Positions 1-7,920 of a stretch of DNA of 64,000 nucleotides are shown here, one piece after another. Under the pieces are notes generated by a model, which worked only from the letters and a program-made list of their open reading frames with translations, was not told the DNA's origin and made no database searches. The position numbers were made by a program, and so were the translations under genes. Origin of the DNA: Thermoproteota archaeon (GTDB taxonomy: Archaea > Korarchaeota > Korarchaeia > Korarchaeales > Korarchaeaceae); NCBI GenBank assembly GCA_027491435.1, contig JAOZFG010000004.1, positions 96,001 through 160,000 of the forward strand, read 5' to 3'. Each line of letters starts with the position of its first letter. The stretch's first letter is position 1.

Positions 1-75
1 CTTCAAGCTTTTCAATCAAGTAGAAGGAACGCTCGGCTTGTAAGCATAGCTTTCCCCTAACGGGCCTGACTACCC

Positions 76-513
76 TCAAAAGATCACCCTAATGGGGCCG
101 CCGGGATTTGAACCCGGGACCTCCGGCTCCCAAGGCCGGCATCCTACCAAGCTAGACCACGGCCCCTCCCTTAACTGGGTCTCAGGTATTAAAGACTTTA
201 CGGAGGAACAGTCCACCCTTATGACCGGCCCCTTGTTCACAACTAGGGAGACCTTCTCCCCCTTAACCCTAAAGCTAACCCTAGAGTGGGGCTGAAGTGG
301 TATTACCTTGTTTATAACCCTGGCGGACCCCCCGCGAAACTCAACCATCAATACGATTTCCAGGTAATCTTCTCCCTTATTTTCAACTGTTAAGAGGCCT
401 CGCTCACATCGGGCGATTACGTCAGATGAGTACAGGTGTCCGGTCGCCCCGTGGCTCAGAGTTAGGGCGGCTATGGAGGTGAGTAGGAAAGATACAAGGA
501 GCTTATTCCTCAC
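76..513 (-). CDS. Hypothetical secreted protein; its 3' end overlaps tRNA-Pro
   Basis: Signal-peptide-like N-terminus (MRNKLLVSFLLTSIAALTLSHGA); start overlaps the upstream gene; the last ~30 codons are the tRNA sequence. Confidence 0.5.
   Translation of the reverse strand: MRNKLLVSFLLTSIAALTLSHGATGHLYSSDVIARCERGLLTVENKGEDYLEIVLMVEFRGGSARVINKVIPLQPHSRVSFRVKGEKVSLVVNKGPVIRVDCSSVKSLIPETQLREGPWSSLVGCRPWEPEVPGSNPGGPIRVIF
93..166 (-). tRNA. tRNA-Pro (anticodon TGG), intronless
   Basis: Reverse complement GGGGCCG TGGTCTAGCTTGGTAGGAT G CCGGC CTTGGGA GCCGG AGGTC CCGGGTTCAAATCCCGG CGGCCCC A. It has a 7-bp acceptor stem, anticodon loop CTTGGGA and T-loop TTCAAAT; no CCA follows the discriminator. Confidence 0.95.
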
Positions 514-886
514 CGTTAACCCTCTCTACGAACCACCTGGGCTCTCCCCTTAGCCTTATGTGGGGAATCGTGATTCCCTCCGTTGTGGTTGGGGCCTCCG
601 AAACGTAAAACCCCTCCCCATTTTCATCAGCCCTGTATATGAGGAAGCCTCCGTCAACCCTCTCCTCTACGGTTACGTATGAGAATATGTCCGGCTTCAT
701 CGATCCGTAGTTCCCTGAAAAGGTGCCCAGGACGTACCTACCTAACTTATCGCTCCAGAAGCCTATTATAACTCCACCGGAGTTAGAGCTGGCTATAAGC
801 CTAAGTAAATCGTTCACAGAGGAAAGCTCAAAGAGTTCCATTTCCCAATCGCTACACTCTTTATTATCCCCCTCCATCTGGCTCAC
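503..886 (-). CDS. Small conserved-looking archaeal hypothetical protein
   Basis: 127-aa ORF overlapping both neighbours. LSSVNDLLRLIAS...IPHIRL resembles small TACK-archaeal uncharacterised proteins (recall only). Confidence 0.6.
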   Translation of the reverse strand: MSQMEGDNKECSDWEMELFELSSVNDLLRLIASSNSGGVIIGFWSDKLGRYVLGTFSGNYGSMKPDIFSYVTVEERVDGGFLIYRADENGEGFYVSEAPTTTEGITIPHIRLRGEPRWFVERVNGEE

Positions 887-1560
887 CCTTGTCCGATCGT
901 GAAGGACATGGTCCTAACTATATAAAACGTTGCTTTCATGGATTTAAGTAAGTCCCCGTCTGTGGTATAAATTCCCTTACCCTCGGAGTAAATGATCAGG
1001 CCCTCTTTATCCCCTATGACGCCAGAAAAGGGTGAATTACATATTCTAAGCTCCTCCAATAAATCCTTTGCCTTGATAGCGGCCCTAATGGAGGTGAACA
1101 TAACCTCCCAACCAGCCTCACCCCTGTAATGCCTCAAGAAGCTTTCTACTAGGTCCTCGTTCACTATAAAGAGGGCCTTCTTGACCCTGCCTGCTATGCT
1201 CTCAAATATGTATTTTATGATGCTCCCAAACACGGGGACTACCTTATCCTTACCTATCAGGTAGATGGGGAGCTTAAAGGGCTTAATAGCCCCTACAAGC
1301 GAGACTTTCCTGCCGAACTCCTCTATTACATGATTTAACAGCAAAGAGGTCAGCTTATCCCTAGGAGGTCCTATGAACAGAGTGGGCCTGTAACCGACTA
1401 TCCTTATCAGCCCCTTATCCTCTAAAGACCTGCCAACTTGGTAGACTTTGGTTCTAGGTATGCCTGTCATCCTGCTGATCTCGTCAGCTTTCATTGGCTT
1501 TTCCGCTTCTATGAGTGAAGAGAGCATGATCGCCTCGTATCTAGACAGCCCTAGCTCCAC
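883..1560 (-). CDS. TrmB-family transcriptional regulator
   Basis: N-terminal LGLSRYEA...ADEISRMTGIPRTKVYQVGRSLEDKGLI...RP matches the TrmB wHTH. Confidence 0.85.
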   Translation of the reverse strand: MELGLSRYEAIMLSSLIEAEKPMKADEISRMTGIPRTKVYQVGRSLEDKGLIRIVGYRPTLFIGPPRDKLTSLLLNHVIEEFGRKVSLVGAIKPFKLPIYLIGKDKVVPVFGSIIKYIFESIAGRVKKALFIVNEDLVESFLRHYRGEAGWEVMFTSIRAAIKAKDLLEELRICNSPFSGVIGDKEGLIIYSEGKGIYTTDGDLLKSMKATFYIVRTMSFTIGQG

Positions 1561-1580
1561 AAAAACTTTCGAAAGACCCT

Positions 1581-1883
1581 TTAACCCACCAATTCGGCCA
1601 CTATCTTGTTTCCCTGTACCCTCCTCACCCTCGCCTGAACCTTTATCCCCGGATCTGATGCCCCTACCACCGTTACGTTTCTCCCCTTGTATTTCCCTAC
1701 GCCCTCCCCCCTCCTGGTGACTGTCATTATTAGGACCTCTATTATGTCTCCGGGTTTCACGTCCTCCCCTTTCTCCTCCTTTACCTCATACCTGGTTATG
1801 TATATGCCTGTCCTACCCTTCCTACCCAACCTTCCGCGCCAACCCTTGGAAGCATCTTCTACTTTGGGATTCCTTCTCGGCAT
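1581..1883 (-). CDS. TRAM-domain RNA-binding protein with basic N-terminal extension
   Basis: VKPGDIIEVLIMTVTRRGEGVGKYKGRNVTVVGA...ARVRRV is a single TRAM domain; start set at ATG 1883 (MPRRNPK). Confidence 0.8.
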   Translation of the reverse strand: MPRRNPKVEDASKGWRGRLGRKGRTGIYITRYEVKEEKGEDVKPGDIIEVLIMTVTRRGEGVGKYKGRNVTVVGASDPGIKVQARVRRVQGNKIVAELVG

Positions 1884-1948
1884 GAATCCCCACAACCAAA
1901 GGAAACTTGTTGAAGCCTCAATAAAAATGTTCCCCTGCATTTACTCAT

Positions 1949-3178
1949 CTAGGGTGCTGTGAGAGGTCTTTTACCTATTTCGTTTCCCATCTCATCAAAT
2001 CTAACGTAACCTAAGGCCAAGGCGTCGAATTGATCCGTGGAGGCTAGCAAAGATGCCCTGCGGGACTTAAGGTCCAGCTCCTTAATTATTCCAACCCCCA
2101 CACAGGTTCGCCCTCTGATCAAACCAACGTAGAGGTTAGAGTAGTCTCTGACGTTCCCCAGCCTAACCTCCTTGTTCAACAGCCGAGATATGGTGTTGAC
2201 CCTGTACTGGTCAGCTTCCCCCTCATGCAGGATTACAAGGGAGTCAGGAGACTCCTCAACCCATACCACGTTAACGCTTAACAACTCCTTCAGAAGTCCC
2301 GAGTATTCAAGCCTTTGGTTCCCGGTCAACAAGGACGTGTTTAACAGCCTAATATCGTTAAGATCCACCTGAACCTCCCTAGAGTCCTTCATGAAGAAGT
2401 CGAACATCTCCATCCTGGCTGCCCTCCTATAATTTCTCGATTTTGAGGACACCTCTTGAGGAGATCTGACTTTTATCACCCTCGCCCAAGGTGGAAGGCT
2501 CCTCTCTATGTGTCTTAAATCTCCCTCATCCTTTTCTATTAACACGACGACGTCTGGGTCGTAGGCCTCAACTTTATACCTTTTTAACGCTCTTGCAGGG
2601 CTCCCGTCCACGTAGCCCGTGGTGTTCAACAACTGGGTTCCTTTACCGACCGTGTCGGAAAGGGCCTTGACGCCAACCACCATGGGAAGCAGGTGTCCTC
2701 GGGGAGTTGTATCCCCCACGAAGTACATGTGATCGGGGTTGAGCAGCCTGAGGTGCACGAACGTCTCCCCTACCTTTTTCGCGGCTATTACTCCAGGAGG
2801 GCCTAGATCAGACTGACCTACGTCCGAGTCCACTATAGCCACTTCCTCACCACTCGCTATCAGCTTGCTGGCAACGTACATTATCGTAGAACTCTTGCCG
2901 GAATCAACCCTGCCTATTAACATAACCTTTCGATCGAGAGCCTCTTCGACTAACTCATCCCACCAGCTGGGGATCGGGTTCTCGACCTTCCTAACTTCTC
3001 CGACTACCTCCACCTTAGATCTCTCCTGACTCCAGACTAGGACGTCGATGCCCTCCATGTCTACCGAGATAGAGTTTACGTCGAAATACCAAGCTTTAGC
3101 GCTGCCATCCAACACCTCCAACCTGAAGGGGCTCCTGAGAAGGATCCCCGTCCCCTTAGTCAGCTCCACAGTGACCAT
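1949..3178 (-). CDS. Clp1/Grc3-family polynucleotide 5'-hydroxyl kinase
   Basis: Walker A GRVDSGKS, DSDVGQSDLGPPG, LNTTGY and RRAAR motifs typical of archaeal Clp1. Confidence 0.9.
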   Translation of the reverse strand: MVTVELTKGTGILLRSPFRLEVLDGSAKAWYFDVNSISVDMEGIDVLVWSQERSKVEVVGEVRKVENPIPSWWDELVEEALDRKVMLIGRVDSGKSSTIMYVASKLIASGEEVAIVDSDVGQSDLGPPGVIAAKKVGETFVHLRLLNPDHMYFVGDTTPRGHLLPMVVGVKALSDTVGKGTQLLNTTGYVDGSPARALKRYKVEAYDPDVVVLIEKDEGDLRHIERSLPPWARVIKVRSPQEVSSKSRNYRRAARMEMFDFFMKDSREVQVDLNDIRLLNTSLLTGNQRLEYSGLLKELLSVNVVWVEESPDSLVILHEGEADQYRVNTISRLLNKEVRLGNVRDYSNLYVGLIRGRTCVGVGIIKELDLKSRRASLLASTDQFDALALGYVRFDEMGNEIGKRPLTAP

Positions 3179-3220
3179 TTAGCCCACCTCAGATAACGAT
3201 TTAAGTTAAGGTTGTAACAC

Positions 3221-4222
3221 ATGACTGTGGACGGCGACCGCTTTCACCTGATAGAGGTGCTGCTTGATTGTGAAAAACGTTTACACGTGGTTCCTGAGGG
3301 GTTTGAGGTTGTCGATGAAGGGGGCTTCAGGATCAGGCTTAGAGCGCCGACGGCCTCTCCTTCGGAACTGCTCGGCATGCTGTGGGAAATCTCCTTGGAC
3401 GAAAATGGGGAGCCATGCAGGATAAAGGAAGTCAAGGCACCAATCAATAGGAGGACTGGCTTCAGGGGAAAGACCGTCCTCAGGAGGATACTGGGGAGGG
3501 GCCCTATGCTAGCAGCCTCAATAGCTAAGGGAAGGATATTGGATCCCAGGAATCACGCCAAACTTTTCTCTGAGATGGCTAGACAGGGCTTAGATATAGG
3601 CATGGATCCGCTACACTATTCTGACTTAGAGCTTTACGAGAGAGCCTATCACATAGAGGAGGAGATCGACAGCTTTAAGGAAGAAGGAAAAAGAGTTTTA
3701 TACGTCTACAACGCCCCTAAGACAGCCGATTTACTGGAAAAGGTGATCTCTTTAGGGGCCAAGGCCTTCAGGGTGGACTCGTTAAACTTGGAGCTGTTTA
3801 ACTTGCTGGCCGATGTCAAGGTAATGATCTTCTTAACCAGACCTTACCTGCTCCCCCGATTAAGCCTAGAATCAATATACAACCTGCTCCCTCCCTTCGG
3901 CTTTGAAGCAATTGAAAGGCCGTCCTCAAGTAAATGGACTAAAGCGGAGCATTTAGATCGATTAATAAAGAGGACTGGTTCACTTCCAATGACCTCTCCG
4001 GATGTAACCCCAAGAAACTTGGATTACAACATGTCCGACCTAGACGTAATAATATGGGCCGATGTCTTCATCTACGCTCACCCCTCCGGGCCGTTAGCTG
4101 GAGTTAGGGCAGCTAGGGAGATGATAGATTCATACCTTAGGGGAGAGAGCCTCATAACAGTAGCGAGAAGGGTTGAGGAGGTAGGGCAGGCTGTTGAGAA
4201 ATGGGGCTTGGAGCTGAGGTAA
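3221..4222 (+). CDS. Highly divergent RuBisCO large-subunit-like protein lacking catalytic residues
   Basis: C-terminus AHPSGPLAGVRAAREMIDSYLRGESL...VGQAVEKWG matches the form III RuBisCO end (GHPDGPxAGARAVRQAIDA...ALEKWG). The GxDxxKDDE motif reads GLDIGMDPL. Confidence 0.75.
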   Translation: MTVDGDRFHLIEVLLDCEKRLHVVPEGFEVVDEGGFRIRLRAPTASPSELLGMLWEISLDENGEPCRIKEVKAPINRRTGFRGKTVLRRILGRGPMLAASIAKGRILDPRNHAKLFSEMARQGLDIGMDPLHYSDLELYERAYHIEEEIDSFKEEGKRVLYVYNAPKTADLLEKVISLGAKAFRVDSLNLELFNLLADVKVMIFLTRPYLLPRLSLESIYNLLPPFGFEAIERPSSSKWTKAEHLDRLIKRTGSLPMTSPDVTPRNLDYNMSDLDVIIWADVFIYAHPSGPLAGVRAAREMIDSYLRGESLITVARRVEEVGQAVEKWGLELR

Positions 4223-4935
4223 AGGTAGGGTGTTGCGGCTTTCCTATAAGCAAAAGAAGGTACTATGAAGAGTTCAGGGTTGTTGAAGTTCAGAAAACTT
4301 TCTATAAACCACCAAGAGTCGAAACAGCCCTGAAGTGGAGGGAAGAGGCTCCTGATGATTTCGAATTTACGGTAAAGGCTTGGATGGCTTTCACGCACAA
4401 CCCCAAATCTCCCATGTGGAGTAAGAGCGGCTTGCCTAGGAAAGAGGGTTATGGGCTCCTCAAGCCCACGTCCAAAAACTTAGAGAGGTGGGAGGAGTTC
4501 CTAAAGGTAGTAAGGGCTTTAAAATCGAAAGTCGTGGTATTTCAGAGCCCACCGTCCTTCAAGGCCACGGAAGAAAACATGAAGAACGTTAAAGAATTCT
4601 TCAGGTCGATCAGGGGAGACGTCGAGCTGATTGGCTGGGAGGTCAGGCATGAGAGCTGGAGCGGCCCCTTGAGGGAGATCCTACCAGAATTGGACTTGAT
4701 ACATGTGGTCGATCCACTTTATGAGCTTCCAGTTCACGGAAATGTGTTATACTTCAGGCTTCACGGGAGGAGGGAGGGCAGGAGAATAGTGTATAACCAC
4801 AGGTACACGGGTGATGAGCTAGAGGAGGTTATGAGGGTGCTAGCTGATCTGGGCAAGCCCGGCTACGTGATGTTCAATAACGGGATATTCATGAGGGAGA
4901 GCGCCCTAAACTTCCTGAAGAAGATTCAGACGTAG
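4201..4935 (+). CDS. DUF72 (YecE/UPF0759) family protein
   Basis: VGCCGF, VVEVQKTFY, FTVKA...TH, FQSPPSF, WEVRH, YFRLHG and YVMFNN motifs. Confidence 0.9.
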   Translation: MGLGAEVKVGCCGFPISKRRYYEEFRVVEVQKTFYKPPRVETALKWREEAPDDFEFTVKAWMAFTHNPKSPMWSKSGLPRKEGYGLLKPTSKNLERWEEFLKVVRALKSKVVVFQSPPSFKATEENMKNVKEFFRSIRGDVELIGWEVRHESWSGPLREILPELDLIHVVDPLYELPVHGNVLYFRLHGRREGRRIVYNHRYTGDELEEVMRVLADLGKPGYVMFNNGIFMRESALNFLKKIQT

Positions 4936-6212
4936 TGCCAACCCTCCAAAGTTGACCAGTTCCACCTCAACGTCTCGGGAACTGCCATCCCATAGACTAC
5001 AGATCCTCTCCACACGCTGTATTGCGGGTCTGAAACCATCTTGGGCTTTGTTTCAATTCCCAGCTTGGAGAGCATTAGCTTCATCTTGGTGGGCGAGTCA
5101 GTCGCTACCCCCTTGAGAGCGGGTGGAACTGACCAGTTGAAGGCGCCTCCTGATAGTATCAGGTTCTTGGATATGGCAGCCTGTAACTCCACAGGAGTCT
5201 TAGCGATGGCCCTTTTTACCGCCTCAGCCAAGCTAACATTCCCAGGTATAACCTCACCACCTATTAGAGTGTCCTTGGGCGGGGTGAACCCCCTGCTATA
5301 GTAGCTCTCGAAGATCTCGTGGGAGGGGTTGAAGAAGTACTCGCCGATCAGGAACCTCTGCCAGACCTTGTCGCCCATGTCCACCTCGACAGCTGTTCCG
5401 GGTATCCTGAAGACGGACTGGAGTACGCTTGGGTGCTCTTTCGCCCACTTAATGGCCTTATCTAGGTCTATAGGGACAAGGCCCACTGACTCTTTGAATA
5501 TCCTAACGAACTTCTCCTCCCTGGCCAGCTCGGGGTAGCCTAGATCCCTAAGTATTTGAGCAGCTATCCTATCGGAATCGCTCCCTCCCCTGTTTAGCGG
5601 TATAAGGGCCGTCCTTATCACGTCCCTGCTTATGGGCGTTATCTGAGTGTTACCATGACCAGCTTCTATCACTATGCAAGTGGTGGCCCTCTCAGCTATG
5701 GCAACTGCTAGGGGTTGAGGTATTATGGTAACAGCCCTTACCAAGTTCCCCCCTTCCTCAGCGTTCACCTCCTCGTGTATGCTAAACATCCTTTCAAACA
5801 TGTAAGTGGGGGACTGCGCTGCGAGGGAAACCACCACGTAAAATCCGTTGAAGGGGGTCCCGTCAACGGCCTTCTCACCTGGGTAGTACTTCTTCAACCC
5901 ATATCTCACTAGCTCCTTGATTACCCTCCAACCCCTCTCGTCGTTTCTCTCCACTATACCGTTCCTCATGGGGTAGTGTAACCGGGTCAAGTCAGCCCTA
6001 GACTCGAGGTATTCGGTGACCTCGGGGCCGACGATAACCTCTCTCGGAGTAATCCCCCTGATCTCAGCTGAAACCTTTGAGATCTTTGGGAAGTAGCCCC
6101 TGTTCTCAACCACGTCGGGTCCCTTCTTCATTAGCCACCAGGGTCCAAACTTATAGAAGGACGTGCCGAAATCAGAGGCGAACACGTGCTTGCCAGACTT
6201 CGACAGCTTCAC
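4926..6212 (-). CDS. Crenactin (archaeal actin homologue)
   Basis: DFGTSFYKFGP (P1), YPMRNG, PQPLAVAIAE, EAGHGNTQITPIS (P2), NRGG, RFLIGE, LSGGAF, PQYSVWRG and EGW, all collinear with Pyrobaculum crenactin; GGAGGTGA precedes the GTG start. Confidence 0.95.
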   Translation of the reverse strand: MKLSKSGKHVFASDFGTSFYKFGPWWLMKKGPDVVENRGYFPKISKVSAEIRGITPREVIVGPEVTEYLESRADLTRLHYPMRNGIVERNDERGWRVIKELVRYGLKKYYPGEKAVDGTPFNGFYVVVSLAAQSPTYMFERMFSIHEEVNAEEGGNLVRAVTIIPQPLAVAIAERATTCIVIEAGHGNTQITPISRDVIRTALIPLNRGGSDSDRIAAQILRDLGYPELAREEKFVRIFKESVGLVPIDLDKAIKWAKEHPSVLQSVFRIPGTAVEVDMGDKVWQRFLIGEYFFNPSHEIFESYYSRGFTPPKDTLIGGEVIPGNVSLAEAVKRAIAKTPVELQAAISKNLILSGGAFNWSVPPALKGVATDSPTKMKLMLSKLGIETKPKMVSDPQYSVWRGSVVYGMAVPETLRWNWSTLEGWHYV

Positions 6213-6813
6213 TCACCTCCACAAGCCTCGTCAGTTCCTCAGCCTTTAACAGTCTTGAGGGTTCCAACTTACCACTCTCCATGTCGACGGGGATCCCTTC
6301 CCTCATAAGGATGAAGGCCTTAACTATGGGTCCGTAGGAGTACCCTCCTACCCTTAAATCGCTTCTCACGACCCTGTGGCAGGGGATTATCAGGGGTATC
6401 GGGTTCTTGGCCATGTAGTTTCCTATCGCCCTGGGAGATGTCCCCACAGCCTTGGCCAGCTCGCTGTACGTGGTGTACCTCCCCTTAGGTATCAGCTTGA
6501 CCGTCTTTAAGGCCTTCACCATCTTCTCCCTAGGTGGCAGCAATACCCTGATCTTTGGAGGGTTAGCCTCCTTTCCTAGGTAAAGCTCGTCGATGTAGTT
6601 AGCTATTATGCTGGTCATCGGGTTGTAGCTGTCCCTATAAAGGAACACCCTTTCCCCCCAGGCAGTTATGCAGTTTATCCTGAGGTCGGCCAACGCCTCC
6701 TCCTCATTCTTAAGGGGTATGGTGTTGCATACCAACCCCTTCCTAGTTATGCCAACCCCAACGTACCCTGAGCTCACCTCTTCCACCGAAATCACTATTT
6801 GCAGTCGCATCAC
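6172..6813 (-). CDS. ogt: Methylated-DNA--protein-cysteine methyltransferase
   Basis: IPKGRYTTYSELA...RAIG...NPIPLIIPCHRVV...GGY active-site motif. Confidence 0.93.
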   Translation of the reverse strand: MMRLQIVISVEEVSSGYVGVGITRKGLVCNTIPLKNEEEALADLRINCITAWGERVFLYRDSYNPMTSIIANYIDELYLGKEANPPKIRVLLPPREKMVKALKTVKLIPKGRYTTYSELAKAVGTSPRAIGNYMAKNPIPLIIPCHRVVRSDLRVGGYSYGPIVKAFILMREGIPVDMESGKLEPSRLLKAEELTRLVEVSEAVEVWQARVRL

Positions 6814-6870
6814 CCTTCAGGAGGTGACCTCCCACTCGTCTTATTTAAAGGGAATCTGGGCAGCGGTAAT

Positions 6871-7920
6871 ATGATGGAAGTAATACGGGTGGATGGGAGT
6901 TACGGGGAAGGAGGGGGCTCGATACTAAGGTATGCCCTGGCCTTATCCGCTGTCACCATGAAGCCAGTCGAGGTCTACAATATTAGGGCAAAGAGGAGCA
7001 ATCCAGGGTTGAGACCACAACACCTAAATGCGGTGAGGGCTTTAGCGATGATATCATCGGCTAAAGTAGAGGGGGCTTACGTGGGATCGATGAGGATCTA
7101 CTTCGAGCCGAGAAGCCGCACAGGAGGGAACTTCAAGGTAGACATAGGCACCGCTGGGAGCATAAGCCTGATAATACAAGCCATACTGCCGGCCGCCCTT
7201 TTCTCCGAAAGGGAAAGCAGGTTCACCATAAGGGGAGGGACCGATGTCAGGTTCGCGCCCCCCATAGACTACATGAGGGAAGTCTTCTTGAAGAACATGA
7301 AGAGGTTAATGGGGGTTGAGGCTGAGATAAGGGTGATTAAGAGGGGGCATTACCCTAAGGGCGGTGGTCTAGTTGAGCTTACGGTGAAGCCCTCTGAGTT
7401 GAAGCCATTCAAGGCCGTTGAAAGAGAAGAAGTAAGCTCAATAATGGGGAGAGCCCACGCCGTTAAGTTGCCTAAACATGTCGCGGACAGAATAGCCTCT
7501 TCAGCCGAGTCAATCCTTAGGGAGAGGGGATTCCGGGTGAGCGTAGAGAGGGAATGGTCCAAGAACGATCATCTAGGTCCCGGCGCTGGGATAACCTTAT
7601 GGACTGAAGGTGAAGTGGCAATCGGGGGAGATTCATTAGGAGAGAGGGGAAAGCCCAGCGAAAAGGTGGGGCGAGAGGCAGCCCTCAAACTTCTTAATGA
7701 GCTAGGGACGGGAATGGCCTTGGATAGTCACATGGGAGACATGATAATTCCCTATATGGCCCTAGCCAAGGGCGAATCCGTGGTCGGCATATCCCAGCTT
7801 ACGATGCACGCAATCTCCAACATATGGCTGACTGAGAAGTTCCTTCCTGTGAAGTTCAACGTTGAGGGCCAGCATGGGAAGCCTGCTAAGGTCTCTGTGA
7901 TGGGAAGTGGTCTTCCATGA
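6871..7920 (+). CDS. rtcA: RNA 3'-terminal phosphate cyclase
   Basis: DGSYGEGGGSILR, NPGLRPQHL, TAGSISL, GGTDV, RGHYPKGGG and DSHMGD motifs; start set at ATG 6871. Confidence 0.95.
   Translation: MMEVIRVDGSYGEGGGSILRYALALSAVTMKPVEVYNIRAKRSNPGLRPQHLNAVRALAMISSAKVEGAYVGSMRIYFEPRSRTGGNFKVDIGTAGSISLIIQAILPAALFSERESRFTIRGGTDVRFAPPIDYMREVFLKNMKRLMGVEAEIRVIKRGHYPKGGGLVELTVKPSELKPFKAVEREEVSSIMGRAHAVKLPKHVADRIASSAESILRERGFRVSVEREWSKNDHLGPGAGITLWTEGEVAIGGDSLGERGKPSEKVGREAALKLLNELGTGMALDSHMGDMIIPYMALAKGESVVGISQLTMHAISNIWLTEKFLPVKFNVEGQHGKPAKVSVMGSGLP

Noticed and set aside
92-295. 67-aa ORF MGPPGFEPGTS...
   Set aside because: Antisense translation of tRNA-Pro, a classic spurious ORF; likewise 22378-22629 over tRNA-Leu and the 5' extension of the CYTH ORF to 22423.
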